Of a DNA stretch of 64,000 nt, positions 12,281 through 26,972 are shown piece by piece. Every line of letters begins with the position of its first letter. Position 1 is the first letter of the stretch. Position numbers and translations under genes: made by a program. The notes under the pieces are model-generated. The model saw only the letters and a list, made by a program, of their open reading frames with translations. It had not been told where the DNA came from and ran no database searches. Source of the DNA: Amphiscolops sp. MND2022 (Eukaryota); NCBI GenBank assembly GCA_964187785.1, contig OZ076413.1, forward strand, positions 42,410,001-42,474,000, given 5' to 3'.

Positions 12281-15200
12281 ATTTTGTAACCGAATGGGTG
12301 TTAAAAAATCTCAAAGGGTCCACATTTCATTTTTTTGGTATTTTGAGTTTATTCGAAAATTCTTAATTGTTTTCAAGGGGGACGCTCCAAGTTGTTTTGA
12401 TAATTTGGAACAGAATGGATTTTAAAAAATCTAAAAGTGCGCGCCAATTCGATCTAGTTTTTGGGTTTTAGGGAACTGAATCAAACAGGTTTTTTTTCTG
12501 CGTAGCATATAATACCGGGTGAGACTAAAGGATCCCCTTTCAGATTTTTCGGAATTGTGAGACAATTTCTTAATAAAAAATCAACCCTAAAGAGAGGGTC
12601 CTCTTTCAATTGTTTGGAGTTTTGCGACAGAATGGATGTTGGAAAATGCCCGAAAAACGCCCGAAAACTGGTCCCCATCGTCACAATTCTTTTGCCTCCC
12701 GTGGTGAAGTACGAACTGTGGTGCCGTGAGTGAGATCCCGATTCAGCTGAATAGTCACCGACCGGTCCTAGTCTTTGACTGCTATAAGGAACAGGCTTCT
12801 CTTGCTCAGGGTTGGGTAAAAAATAACTTATGGTAACAATTATGTCGATACATAATTTATATTTGAACCATCCACCATAAAATTATTTTATTTTTTGAAT
12901 GTAAGATTTAAAAATATGTATTTTTCCTACCTTAGAAATAAAATAACCTATTTCTACAAAATCCATTGTTTCAGTCATTATAGTGGTTTGTTTTCTCAAT
13001 AGATTGGCAACGTTTACTGGGTAAACACAGGGTTATTTGAGACACAACATGACATCAATGCATCTGGAATGTTGCCTTTTTCTGTTTGTAAACAAAGCAT
13101 TGTTGTCGGCAAAAACAGTTGATAAAATACTGAAACTTTAGTATTTTGATTTATCAATGTTAAATTTGTGGATTATTTCTCCACAAGTTACCATTATGGC
13201 CATTTTTTCCCTTGAAAAAATAAAGTAATTTATTTTTAAGGATGCGAAAATTAAATAATTCATTTTTAAAAAAGGGAAAATGATGTAATTTATTGCGGAC
13301 GGCCCATAAGATGGCCACTATTTTTTACCCGGCCTATCTTGCCTTACCTTGCTCATCTTTTCTGGAACATCGATCGAATAGCCAACACAGAAACTGTGAA
13401 GAATAAGGTATGTACCCCAAGAATGAGGTAAAGTTTCATTTCCAGGGTGACAGCAATCACCACAACAATACATCACAACAGTATACCAAGCATCTAAAAG
13501 CTGCGGCTCCAAGGCAAGTGCGAAACAAAGATGTTCAAGCAAAAAGACTCATTTTCCTGTTTTCGTTACTTTCGGCAGTATTTTGCTAAAATACATGAAA
13601 ACCATAACAAAGGTGGTCTTAGCGTCTGTAAATGGAGTTTTTTGTTAGAGTTTTTTCTGCTATCAGTCTCTTGTCTACCTGATGCCTTCAGTCTGCTCTT
13701 GTCTACGCTTTTCATTCAAAATTGCGGAAACAAAACAACAGAATGAGGAATTACATGCTCAATGCTATGTCAAAATTTGGATTAGAATTTTTCACCAAAT
13801 TTCTTCATCACCATCATCGGTCATTGTATATGGGGGTAACACATTCATATTAGAACAACCTTTCCTCATAGTATATGGCGACGTTACAGAAGTTTCCGTG
13901 ATTTATGATAAATTTGTTTGGCAGCCTACAAAAACATGTCAGAAGCTCAAGCAGTTTTAACTCGTGTAAGTACGACGATGAGCGTTTCAGTTGACGTTTA
14001 GACGTTGTTCTGTCTCCCGTTGGTTTTTTGGGTGGAGTATCAATAGATGGGTAGATGGGACATTTCTATACCCTTTATTCCCTTTTTCACTAACTGTCAA
14101 TGTCTACCGTTCTTCAGACCAGCGCCCCAAGAAAGAAAGTGACTGGAAAAAATCCGGGAATAAAAAGTGTAAAAAATTTTGTTTCATCAAATTCAAATTC
14201 AACTTTTCGAAAGTCTACAAATGCATTTTTGTTTGCAATTTTTTAAACGTTCATTGACTTTGTTCGATATGCTTCTATAATAGTACCATTTGGTACAAAG
14301 ATTCTCCAGTCATTTCGATGCTGGTTCTTTAATGTGATATTTGAAAAAATCCAGCAAGCTATTTAGAATGCCTGCATGACGATTTTGATGAATGTCAATC
14401 AAGATACAGAAATGTTCCAAATTTGGAAATGCAATGTTCTATTGAAAGCATTCTCTTTGAAAGCATTGCATATCATGTTTTTACCGAACTATAGTTCATT
14501 ATATAGATCGTCATTTATGGGACAATTTTTTCTCGCGTGCCATTAAAAACAAAACACATACAATTTCTAGAGCTCTCAAATCTCAATCCTATTAACTCTT
14601 CTAAACAGCTCTGAAAATTACAGAAAATTTCTGTCACGACGAGAGAAAACGGAATGGAATTTTTTGGTTCATTTTTAGCTGGCATTTGTGAGCGTAGCTT
14701 GAAAAACGACGCTTAGAATTTTCAGAAAACGCAACTAGCTTTCATTTTGAACCCTGATTCACGAAACAATGATAGGTATTTCTGAGGTTGAGCCAAACAA
14801 ACGGATTGAACAAAAGATTCAATATGTCAATATTTGTAAATATTGCTACGAAAATAGTTTTGTCTTTCTGTCTGCCAGAATCGTACTAGCAGAACCGAAA
14901 AACGGAAAGCAGAAAAATTCATTCTTCAATTTCGTAATATTTGAGAAGCACTGCAAATCTAACATTCTTTCTGTCAATTATTCAAAATGGAGCTCCAAAA
15001 TTATGTAATCAAACATTCGCCAAGGATACTTCGAGCCTTCAGAAAAAGTCAGGCATCTCTACCAGTCATTTCGTTCGACTTTTTGATGTGTGAAATTTTG
15101 TTTGTTTCGAGGAATAGTTGTCGAATGGAATGATTGACAAGTTTGAGCTCGAAGTTTTCTCAGGCGTTCTGTTTTTTTTTCGGTTCTCTTAGGAGCTGGC

Positions 15201-16884
15201 ATTGTGTGAGCGTAACTTTTAAGAGCTAGGCCTAAAATTGTCAAAAAGCCAAAAGATGTAATTAGCTGTCAGGTTGAACCCTTTTTCAACGAGTGAAAGT
15301 TGATTCACGACAGAAACAACTTGTCATTTTTTGATTGACAAGCGTTGAAGTGCTTTTCATAAGAGTTGAAGGAGAGGTTATCGAAAGACGAGAGTTCACA
15401 AAATTTATGTGTTTTGTTATTTTTGTTTACCCTGCAAAAACGCTTCTGCCGAATATCTATAAAAATCATCGTTAATTGAAGTTTAGGTTACTTCATAATA
15501 GCCTCATTTCGAACAATTGACACAAAATTGATAGCATTGGTAAGACTCAATAGCGAATGATACAATGTTGGGTCCTTCACAGCGCAATTTACGATCAACT
15601 GACTACGAAACAAAAAAGAATTCACACGGGAAAATATGCTATATTTCTAGCAAAGATAATAGTCAACAACGTGCGATGACCATTTTCATTTTATCATTAA
15701 TAAACAGCAGCGGAGCACACATCAAAATCATACGAGCTCGTGTTTGAAAGCACAGAGCGCAAATTTATTATGGAAGCTGTATCCAAGCAAAAAGACTTCG
15801 CTGATTTAGAAAAAAATAGAAACCTCAGAAAACAAGGCGCTGAACGTGATCACAATTTTCAAAATATGCGCACGTCAACGAGCAAAAATGTTAAGATATT
15901 GTCATAACCTTGTTCACTGTTATGAGAGTCTACTGAACTCTAACTAACCATGTGACCTTGATTACGAGGCTCAAGACCTGTTTTAGGTCGGTTGTCTAGT
16001 GATTTTCTAGTAAATTCAGCTTCGGGGTTCCCGTGTAGCCCACCGGACTATCACTCCACTACAGTAGCATTTTCCGTACCACGTCCACTAAGTGTATTTT
16101 CAATAGTAGGAAGGACTTGCTCCGCTATTGCGGAATTTATAGCTACTAGTATATGAGAAATCAGGTCAGGTTTCATTTCGTCTATTTCTTGGTAACTTGA
16201 CAAGTAATCTCTTCATTGAGTATCCCAGCCGTCTCAGTGGTTATGTCGCTGTTTTCGCTACTGTTTGTGTTTAGTATTGATCTAAAGTCCTCCTCTGGGA
16301 GTAGTATTTTGTTGTAGTCTATTGTCCTCTAGGTCTACGTCTATGTCATCCTCGTTTTGAGAATTTAGTGAATTTCCTCTCGAATAACTGCCTAGCATTA
16401 CATCCACATTTTCCAAGTCAGACATTACGTCTGATTGTCTAAAGCGTTTTTCTTGCGCATTCTATTTCCCAGTTGAACGGCTTTTTAAAAGTGTACGTTT
16501 TCAAAGGCATATTCTTGAAGCGAATAGTAATAATAACAAAAAACGAACAAACAGTAAAATGGTACTAATGTTTTCAGCAAGGTATTTGTGATTGCGATCT
16601 AGTTTGAAGTTTTGGATCTGAAAGCGTTGTGTGGTTTTTGGACAACAAGTCCCTCCTGTATATAGTAAACGGGGCATGACAAGTCAAATTATGCTGGTCA
16701 TGCTACTAAAAATAGAAACTAGGGGTTGGTATTAATTTTCCCAGGAAAAATTTGATAAACAATACCGTCATAGGCGGCTGCCTGTGACAGGTATTTTTGG
16801 GGTGATCCTGAAATTGGAAAAAAATATCGCACGAACTTTTGGAGCAATCGATTTTATCATTATTTCGTCATTCGATCTTTGACA

Positions 16885-18100
16885 TTTTCATTTTCCGTCC
16901 ATACTCTATATGGGGAAGGAAAATATTCAAATCAAACGGTTTTTTAAAATTTGCCATGTTGCAAGATTGATTAAAACCAACTGAAAAGGTGTTACCCGTA
17001 GAATTCAATTGATGTAAAATTAATTTCATGCGATATGTATTTCTAGAGTTTTTTGAATTTCTTTGGTAGACTTCCAAGGACCCCAAAACGACCCAAAAAT
17101 GATGAAAACTGCATATTTTTTCTATTTTTAGAATTTTTCTAGGATTTTGTCAACTTTTTCGTAGACTCCGGAACTCAGAATGTTGAAAATTTCTCAAATT
17201 GTGAACGAAATAATCAAAAACTTTAGGTGTTTCCAATTTTCACGGTTTTTCCAAGTTTTGTCAAGTTTTGGACATACTTGGTGGCTTGAAATGTTAACAA
17301 CGTTTGAAAAAGAAGCATTTCAATATCCAGGAGGCCGAATTAGAATAATACTGGCCGTTCTTGAAGAAAATTGTATCAAATTAGGACCGAAATAAACTTT
17401 TTTCCTCGTTTTGCAAACAAGTTGTGTTCAAATTTTCAGGGTTTTGATGGGTAAGAGATCAAAACGTTCAACGAAGAAATCAGTGGCCATAAAGTGCGCC
17501 ATTTTGTTGAGAAGAATGCAGTGTTTTGCTTCAAAAACACGTCAGAATGACTCTAATTGGGCGGAAAATTAAATAAATTGATTTCAAATGTTTCTCATGT
17601 AATTTTAATAATTTTCTTGAACTGTTCGTGAATAGGATGTTGAAAACAATCAGAAGTAATTGAAAGTGTTCTGCAGAAGCCCTTTTGGAAGAGATAACCG
17701 CATGTTGTTATCAAAAAATCTTTCAAATTGTTCAAAAGTGTTGAAAGCATCAAGTTTGACTCTTCTTTTGATTTTTGTGCAATTCTGATTAAACTTTTGA
17801 AAATCAGTTGTCTAATCGGTCTCCAAATGAAGTATCTAGAAAGGCAGTAAGAACTCTTTTCATTTGAAACCTGGCAAAACTGTTGGGCAAAACAGTACCA
17901 AAGATTGACCAAATCAGTTATGAGGTTTTAATTTTGCGAGATTTGTAAAGTTTTCGAGAACTTTTGTTTGTAGAAAAAAAAACTTTCAATAAATGCAGTA
18001 CCAAGTGGGCTGTTTGCAATAAAATGCAGTTTCTAGTGATAAAAGTGCCACAAAATGACCCAAATCAGCCGACAAAATGTTATTGATTTTTTATTGAAAC
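16885..18100 (+). repeat. Dispersed repeat, inverted relative to the 46370-48295 copy
   Basis: 16885-17110 aligns with the reverse complement of about 48070-48295. Right boundary is approximate. Confidence 0.6.
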
Positions 18101-20589
18101 TTAGAATACGTTGGTCAGGTAAAAATTTTGAGAAGATCCACGGGAAACAACTAGTTTGCAGCACTCTTTTGAAAGAGACATTGACAATAAACCACCTTTT
18201 GATCCTAACTATTCACAAAGTTTTAGGTATTTGACGTCTTTATTCAGCTTTTTTGTAATTTATTTGACCAAATCCGTTGCATACAACCATTTGAATACTC
18301 AGCAACGACAACGCCTGGTATCGAGCAGTCGTTTTGGAAGGTTTAAATACGAGATCTTGCAAGAAGCGGTCTCAAATACGCAGAAACTTCGAAACTGACA
18401 AAATAGTTGGTTTTTTATCATGTGGCGATTAATTTTGTTCAATTCACGATCTTTCTGATTTCATCTGTTTTCCTTGGCATAAGCGTTGGAACGATAGGCT
18501 GTTCAAAACGCTACTTGGTAAACAAAATGGAAAAAAGTTCCTTGAAATGGAGAACAAAGCCGTCAGAAGTTTCTTTTTAATTGCCGATAAACTCCTAATT
18601 TTGTAATTTTTCCGACTGTTTTCCAAAGTTCCATAGAATCAGTATTGAAACATGTAGCGACCAGTAAGTGTTTCGAAGAAAAACACTACTGCCCAAAATT
18701 TTTGAAAACACTCTCGGTTCAAGGTTTTTTTTATTAAGCTCCAAACAATATAACTACATACGCAGTACGCATTTGAAAGGACAGTACTGCGGTTGTAAAG
18801 GTTAAACAAATTCGGCAATACCTCTAAAAAGCGAAAAGTGCTTGAGGTTTTCATGCAATTTTTTTAGTGAATATGTTTTGTATAATTTTCAAGCATTTTC
18901 GTGTGTTGGAATTGTGTTAATGTTCATCAGCGAGTGAATCTGGTATCAAGTAGGCATCTTGGAAAAGACATGTGCAGTTCATTTATTGATGACCGCGTTA
19001 AAACGACCCGAAGTATTGAAAAAACATTAAAATTCCCTCTTTTGAAATTTTTGGTATATTTTTGTTACTATAAACCTATAAAAATTTGGTAGGTTAAGTG
19101 CTGGTATTTGTTCAACATTAAAACAATCCGAAACTAAACGTTTTTTTAAAAAAGTGTTCACTTTGATGTTTGGATGCGTCAAAATATTTATTTCTTTCAA
19201 ATTCTATGCCTTTTTATAGTGTTTTGGTTGTTTTTGAGCTTTAAATTCATGTCGTAATAGAACAGTTTTGGTCAGCGAGCGTCTTGTGTTCCTTTCTGAG
19301 AAACATTTCGTCGACAACAATTGGTCGAATTCAAGTTCTTGAGAAATTTAAGACTTGCTTCACCAGGATATAAAATCGTCACTGACAACGTTGAACGAAT
19401 TGGACAAAAAAGTGGAGTTGGGCACTTTTTGTAAGGGTCTAAAAGCAACCGTTACTTCAGTTCCAGCCCAGCACCATCTCTGGCCATCGATGGAAATTTC
19501 TTGAGGTTCAGTACGGCGAATTTGCTGTGTCGATTGCAGTTCAGAAATACGTCTACAATGATTTAATTGCTGGCCAATTCTGGTATTTTGATCCGTTCTT
19601 GAGAGCTTTTCGTTTTTAATACAAAATTTTACTTTTTTGAGTCTCAATTTCTCCACTATTTCTTCCATACTTTTGAAAGATTCTATCGAAAACCGGTTTC
19701 GAAGAAGTGGAATGAAACGAATAGTTCTTTTACTTTTTGCAATAATTTTTTGATTGACTGAGAAGTAGAGAAAGTAATGTTCAGAGAAAAGTTTATTGCT
19801 TTTATTTGTATGCTCACTAAGCATTTTGAGGCTTTTATTTTTCATATGCGGACTGAACCCCAGCCCGAGTTTTCCCAAATAGTGTTGCAATCTGTTTTCT
19901 TCGTAATTTCCTAATTTAATGTTTAAAGGAAAACTTTCTCTTGTCACTCTTTTGAAGAAAAAACTATTTTTGATTCAAAACTTTTTAGTAGGAGTCAATT
20001 TATTTGGCAAGTAGTCGATTGCCAAAAAATCATTCCGTCGGTTCGAATACAAATCCGTCGTTTTGTTTCACTATAGTTTTTGTGATTATACATTAACCAA
20101 AATTTAATTATTTTAATCTCAAAAAGCCAGTGTTTGCGACCCATGAAAACTGGCCGTCTAAAATCGTTGGTCGCAAACAGTTTCAACTAGCTCCAGTATT
20201 TTTAGACTATATAACCTTTAGTGTTGAATGATTCGTTCTGGTCCACTTGAAAGGCTCGCTTTTGTCCTCAATGCTTACATTTTCAAATGCAGCTGATGAT
20301 TAGAATGCCTTCGACTTTTTACAGGACGTCGTATAATCAAAAGTAAAGAATTTTTGTAATCCCTGAGCCATTGTTTATTGAGGAGTTAATCTCTGCATAG
20401 AACAACTAAACCTCCCTTTCTTTGAAAAAATTGTACCATTTGCTGAATGCGCCTTTCGTTTCGTAGACAAATTTTGGAAAAAAAAACGAATTTTTCTGTA
20501 AGCTTCTGTTGTTCTTGTCAGCGGTTGATCGTATTTTGTGGTTATTTCGAACGCGATTACAGACTCGATCGAAGTTACAGGAGACAGCG

Positions 20590-20875
20590 ATGACGTTATC
20601 AGACGCAGAAGTCAATGTTGAGTTCAAAGAGAGCCAGTGGAGGTTCGGAATATGTCAATGCACCCGCAACTTTGACTGGTGTCGAATCGGAGCAGCCATG
20701 CCGGGGGTACTGCTCATCAGAATAGCCGAACACCTCAACAAAGTCACTCAAGTCAAAGCAATCTTACTACTCCTTCTAATAATAATGGGTTTGGGGGCGA
20801 TTGCTGACATATTCGAGGTGATTGGAGAGGCTTCCGATAACTACACTGCCGAGATAGTGTTCAGATCATTGGCAG
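20590..20875 (+). CDS. PLAC8/cornifelin-family cysteine-rich membrane protein, exon 1
   Basis: MTLSDAEV...QWRFGICQCTRNFDWC...IAEHL matches the PLAC8 N-terminal W.xG.C.C pattern, followed by a hydrophobic segment. Phase-1 donor G|GTTAAA at 20875/20876. Confidence 0.8.
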
Positions 20876-21095
20876 GTTAAATATCTTTCATTCTAAGTAT
20901 GTTTCGATTTTGATTAAAAAGCATTCATAGGATGCATAGGCAGTTGATATGGCTAAAAAGGAGTACACTGGATGTGGATAGTTAGTGAACTAAAAATGAT
21001 TAAAATCATTTCACAATTTAATTGGTTCCATGGTACTATAAACCAACAAAATTTCACATGAAGAAAACTTTTGCGCATTATAAAGGCTATCCAGG

Positions 21096-21264
21096 TATTG
21101 TAATCCGCTTGAACAGCTGATATGAAAACGATATTCAAAATAATAATGACGTATCATAATGATAGTGAGCTATTTCTATGTAACTAAATACTTGTTAGTC
21201 AACATGAAATAAAAGTGACAACGGATTGTTTATCAACAGTTTTAATGATGTCTGTTGCTCTTCA
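21096..21264 (-). repeat. Gypsy 3' LTR
   Basis: Direct repeat of 26973-27157 with a ~16-bp indel and scattered substitutions. Preceded on the minus strand by PPT AGAGGGGGAAA (21265-21275). Confidence 0.9.
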
Positions 21265-22249
21265 TTTCCCCCTCTGCAATTGGATAAGAAGTATCCAATG
21301 GGGTTCCACTGTCGTCCAGATTGCTGTTGTGATCGGTATACCGTCTGCGTCTTGTTATTGGTGTATCCGGGTTTCCGTGATCAGCATGGTGAGCTTCCGT
21401 GGAGTGGTTCGTCTTGTAGTGTGAGCGGATTACTGGTTTTCTTCGCTGTTCCGCTCCAGCGTTTCTTCTGTTGTCTCCAGTAGTGGTGACAGATTCAGCC
21501 GTTTTGCGGTGTTTCCTGTAATCAGTTTGGTTAATAGGATTATTTAGTCTAACAATTGGGTTCATTTTCGTTAGGCGTTTTGACTGGCGAAGGTTAGTTT
21601 TTCTATGTTTTCTATTTCTTTTTCAATCGGGGTGCTAGAGCTAAGATTGCAGGCTAGCTCTAAGTCTGACTCAATTCTCTTTTAAAAAGTATTGTAGGTT
21701 ACCTTACCGTTGGTGTCTTTAATGTGAAGGTCTTGTCGTGATTGCTCTGTGTCGCTGACTATTTGCTCAATGTCGGAATCTGATTGTTAGGGCACCCAGT
21801 TGTTTGTTTTTACCATTTCCCTGCCTTTTTTTCTGGTGAGGTTGATTCTTCCCGGTTTCGGATGAGTTTGAGACTTTCTCTGCCGAATGTCCCAGACTTT
21901 TGGGTGCCCGGTAATTCTGGGCTGGTGCCATTGGATCGTCTTGTAATGGGGATCGATCGGGAGTGGCCGGAGTCTTGTCTTCTTTGCGGGCAAATCTTAC
22001 GTCCGGTCACCTTGGTCAAGAACCACTGTTGGAGGGTTCCTGTCCAAATGGTGTAATTGGTTTACTGATTAGTTCACGGTGAATTATTCTATTATCAGCT
22101 GTGGTTACGGTGTGATTCGTTCCTTTTACGGCTGTTTGTAGTTGGTCTGAATATGGGCTTTCGAAATTAGATTTTGTGTTTTTTCGTTCGAAGAAGTGAA
22201 ACAGGTATTCACTAATCGTCTTTTGTTTCATTGTCAGATGGTCGGAGCT

Positions 22250-25200
22250 ACCGCCTTCCCCACTGAATGTGGAAACCTGTAAGGTTTCTGGTTTTGTTGA
22301 AAAGGAATAACTTTTTTGTTAGTTTTTTGATTTCGTTCAACTTTAACATGTTGCTCAGTTCCGTGATCGGTTCTCTATCGAAATGCAATTAAAATGCCGA
22401 TTCTTCAGTCTAGTGTGGGGTGGCTCGCATTATTCATAAAGCTAGGTCAAGCGCTTTTTCCGAAAGATTCTCCTGCTTTAATGTTAGTTAGTAGGTTTTC
22501 CTTTATTGCTCTCACCCCACGTTCTTTTAAGCCGGTCGGGGTATGAACATACGGTGTTCCGCATATTATCGAGTTGTATTTCTTCTTGCAAAATTCTCTA
22601 AAGTAGTGGTCTGTAAACGCCGACGATTTGTCGGTTCTTATTGTTTTTGGTATACCGTTTAGCTGAATGTATTGCTGAAGGAAGTTTACCGCCGTTTTTC
22701 CGTATGTTGATTTACATAGACTGGCGGCCGGCCATTTACTAAACCGGTCCATGGAAAGTAAAATGTAGAATCCACAGTTGTCTTCCGTGATTGGTGCGAC
22801 GAAATCCAGTTGGATTTCTTCATTTGGCGAGTTTAATGGTGGTAGACGATTTTGTTCCGTCTTAGGTATATTTGGTTTGAGATTCTTACCAGAGAGCTTT
22901 CCCGGTATGCAGCTGTCGCACTTTCTTTGGATCGCGTCTGTGAGCTTCGGCCACCAGAAGTGTTTTGCCGCCATCGTCATCTTGTTTATGGCTGGATGCC
23001 CTTTGTGCAAGACTGTGATAACGGTAGTTCGCATGTTGGTCGGGACGATAGTTTTTTCTTCGAAGAAAACTAGTCCGTATCTCGTTGACAGTTTTCGTTT
23101 GTACTGGTTGTGTTCTTCGGGGATTGTTGTCGTATTGCTTTCTCTCCAAGCATACGAGGGTTCTCAGTAGTTTCGGATCGTTAGTTGTTTCCGTCATTAG
23201 TAATTGAAGATCCGTTGCAAATTCGTTTTCAGTTTCTCTGACGGTGTTTTCGTGGTTCCAGTTATTTGGCTCCAATGCCTGTATTCTTGGTGCGTGACCC
23301 ATTTTGATATATTGCAATCTCTTTACTCCAAGATATTTGGCCCAGTTAATGTTTGGTACTTCCAGTACCGACGGTGCCAGTTCTGAGTCACTCGAGATTT
23401 CTCCCGCCTCCATTGGTGTTTCGTCCGGTGAATAAAATTGCTTGGTCGGACTTGCTTGGTTATCTTCTTCATGGTCGGTCATGTCGGTTATCTTCTTTGG
23501 GGATGAATCCCCCTTCGAAGTTCCGTGCTTCTGTAAATTGCCAGTCTGGGAAGTAATCAATCTGTTGCTGGTTCAGAATTAGCCTGTTTCTAATTTCTAC
23601 GGCCGGGCTTTCTAGTCTTCGGATTATTTCCGAAAGTCTTTCTTCAATTGTTCTTCTCTCGCTGCGAAGGAATTTTGGATCGAGATTTTTCTTCCACTTG
23701 CAATATGATAGTAGGTAAACCCTCGGTTTTACAATGTTTCGCCATCTTTCAATTCGGTCGGTTGTCTCTTTGGAAGTGTCGATTTTTTCAACTCCGTCAA
23801 AGGTTTTAGCGTCCAATGTTATCAGGTTAATTTTCGATTTGAATTCAACGTCACTGTTTGCTGTGCGATCAAGGCTACTAATGGCGTTTTCTTCACGCGT
23901 ATTGTCCGTTGACCGATATTTGTTTGCTTTTGTCAACTTGGTTGGTCTGTTCTTGGATTAAGATTGGTTGAAATGGTTGGTGAGGCAACCGAATTTTGAA
24001 ACAAATCCGTAGTGCGGTGCTATGCTGTTAATAACATACTCTTCTTCGTATGCATCATCTCTTTGCGCCGGTGCGATAGGATTTTTACTCAAGTAATCCG
24101 TAAGCAATCCGGCGAGATGGTTTACGTTTATTGTGAACTGTGCTAATTGGGCGAGTCAGCGTGTTAGGCGTGCGCTGTACGTTTTATTTGTTCGGTTGTG
24201 CTTTAATGGCGGTTCTAATTCTTTGTGATCCGTCAATAATTTGACGGATTTTCGGTAAACGACAGACGGAAGTGTGCTAACCCCCAGACTACCGCTAGTA
24301 ATTCCAACTCATTTATTGCGTACTTTTTTTCTGTATCCTATAGAAATCTGCTTGCGAAAGCTATCAGTTTCAAATCTCCATTATGTTGTTCTTGCCAGTG
24401 AGTTGCACCTAACCCTTTTGTACTGGCGTCGGTTGTAATTGTGTTCGGTCGGACGGAGCTATAGTGTGCCAAACACGGTATTTCCGTGATTTTGCGTTTT
24501 AATTGGTTAAATGCTTCAAAAAGTTCCGTTGTCCAATTCCAGTTTTTTTTCTTTTTCAACAACTGTCTCAATAAGTCTGTCTGTGTTGACAGATTTTCGA
24601 TGTATTTTGACAAATATTGAATTGCCCACAGAAAATATTTTAATTATTTCTCGTTTTTTGGAACTATTAGTTCTTGAATTGCTTTCAGTTTGGTTTGTAA
24701 CAATCTGATACCGTTTTGGTCAATTTTGTGACCTACCCAATCTGTTTCGGTTTTGAAAAATTCCGTTTTGTTTTCACTCAGTCAGTACCCTGCATTTTCT
24801 AATTTTGTTAATAATTCGGTTAACTCAAGTTTATGTTGTTCTTTTGGTGCTTTGGTAACTACCAATATGTCATCTAACCACGCCGCAGGTTTGTTCTCCA
24901 GTGTTTGGTGAATCTTTTCTCGGAGTATGGTCGGGATGTCTGCCAAGCCATAGAACACCTTTAAGAATCTGTAATATCCGGTGAAGTTGCCTCCGGTTAT
25001 TGCAAATTTGCATAGGTCCATTGCGTGCTTCGATAACAGTAATTGGCCATACGCATAATCCAGATCAAAATTTGATATCCAGATTTGGTCGGTTGCTTTG
25101 TCTGCAAATTTTCTTGATATCCGTGATATTTACTCCTCCATGTTAGGCATTTGTGCCTTTCTCTTCCACTTTTATTTCACTTAGTTTCCGTGAATCGAGA

Positions 25201-26956
25201 GTAATTTTAACCGTCATTACAGTGGGGAAACCGGCAACGAAAATGCAGGTTTCACTCCTTGTGGGGCTCAGAAATCGATGGACATGTTTGAAGGTATGGG
25301 CCGAAAATGGGACTGTTTTATATTTTTCACGGCAATTACTGCTGGACTGACGAAGCAGTTTTCATTGATGTTCGTTGCTTGTTCTCTATGGCCGTTCCTT
25401 TTCAATTTTTTTATCTTTTTTCCGACCGCTGGTTGCAGATGTATTGGTTTTGGACGGCTTTTTTGTTGTATTCGTTTTGCGTTTTGCATCTGGTTTTAAT
25501 TGTATGTTTACTTCGATTCCTTTTATCGTTTTATTTTCATGGAATAGTTTTTGAACTTTCTTTTGAACATTACGTCTGGTTCTTCTTGAACGTTTTGGAT
25601 CTTCAGGTTAGTTTTTCGGTTTCTAGTTTGATTCCCAGAAAATTCATCCAGTCCAGCCCTGGCATTCGGTTTGTTCTTTTTGTCATTATATGCAGTTCTA
25701 GATATTTTGTTTCCCCATTGGTTTCGAATTTTGCCGTTGTTTTTCTTTCAAATTTTATTTTGTTGTTGTTGACGTCTCCGTACTCCGAGTGTAGTGTCCG
25801 TATAGGTGTTAATTTGTTGAACATTTGTTTTGGTATCAAAGTGACCGGCGATCCCCTGTCGATTATGAATTTGACTGGACGGTTGTTGACCAATGCCGTT
25901 GTAGTAAAGAATGGTTGTCCGTCTCTGGTGATTTGTTTCGTTGAATGGACCGTTCTTGTTATGAGGTGTATTTTGTTTGGTGACCAGTCATTCTCTTCTG
26001 TACTGGTTGCTTTCGATTCTGGGTAGATGTCTTTTATCTTCCGGTCCGATTTTTGTTTGGTTCGGCACAGTTTTGCGTAGTGGCCAATTTTTCCGCAGTT
26101 TAGGCATTTCTTTGTTTTTGCGAACAGTCGTGTTTGTTCCAGTTCGGTGCGCCGAATCAGATACAATCAACTTTTCTGAATTTCTTTGGTTTTCTTTTTC
26201 GGGTTTTTGGTAGTTTCTTTTTCTATCCACGTGTTTTATTTTCGTTTCTTCTTCTGAATCTCGTGACTAGTACATCTTTTCGTACATATATTCGTGGATT
26301 GTGTCGGTTATCGCTTCTACCGACATGTATCCGTTTTGATTTTCCTCTTCAAATCGTTGACTCCAGTTGTTTTTTCGATTACTGAAAGAAATTTTGAAGC
26401 TAGCCATTCTGCTGCTGTTATTTCTGCAACTTCACATTTTTTGCGATCTTTTGTATTCGTTTCCAGGTATGTGCTGCCAATTCTCCCGGTTCTCTCTTTA
26501 GGTTGAAAAATCAGCCCTACTATGGTGTTTATTCCGTTCCGGAATAAAATGTAATCTAAAGAATGCGTAAAGGCCGTGTTGTAGTAAGGAATTTGGTTCC
26601 TTTTCTCTTACCGTCTTCGTCATCTCCGTGAGTGCTGATTGCCCAATTGCCCAAATGAAGACGTCTTTTATTTCCTCTTCCAATTGGTCTCTGTATTGTG
26701 GGAGCACTTTTTTGGGTTTTGTCATCTTCGATAGATCTATTTCGCGGATCATTTTGATGTACTGGGTGAACTTCCTCCACCAGAGTTTGGCACTGGTGTG
26801 GTCGTTCTTTTCTAAGATCGGAATGGGCAATTTTTGTGTTGTTGCCCGGTCAACCGATCTCGCAGTTGTATTGTTTGGAAGTGAGCGGTTGCTCGTTTCT
26901 CCCATGGAGTTGTTTTGATAATCTTCCATTGTCACAAGCTTTCTCTGGATGTTCAA
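22250..26956 (-). pseudogene. Gypsy gag-pol, frameshifted
   Basis: gag 26498-26956. CLNCGKIGHYAKLC knuckle and FIIDRGSPVTLI protease at 25603-26166. RT WLDDIL at 24782-25021. RNase H TTDASTKGLGA at 24338-24613. Integrase HKGH...C and DF...DRFSKW...RTD...ER at 22447-23034. Confidence 0.92.
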
Positions 26957-26962
26957 ATTGTT

Positions 26963-26972
26963 GACTGCGCCA
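26963..26972 (-). promoter_or_regulatory. Primer-binding site, tRNA-Ser type (TGGCGCAGTC)
   Basis: Directly abuts the 5' LTR and is complementary to the ...GACTGCGCCA 3' end of invertebrate tRNA-Ser. Confidence 0.75.

Larger units (their letters stand above)
11540..12650 (-). mobile_element. Helentron/DINE-like non-autonomous repeat copy with two nested insertions
   Basis: Begins TTTTTAGTCGGCGCTTTT like the copies at 41575 and 57053. Its flanks match the uninterrupted copy at 57053-57170. Confidence 0.55.

Noticed and set aside
12719..12729. tRNA-His type PBS TGGTGCCGTGA
   Set aside because: An 11-nt match with no adjacent LTR end or retroelement coding sequence.
19360..19947. 195-aa minus-strand ORF
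   Set aside because: No recognisable motif or splice support. It may be very decayed TE sequence, as may 17595-18626.
25307..26026. 239-aa hydrophobic plus-strand ORF (and similar ORFs at 22778, 26134, 26628)
   Set aside because: Antisense shadows of the A-rich Gypsy gag-pol.
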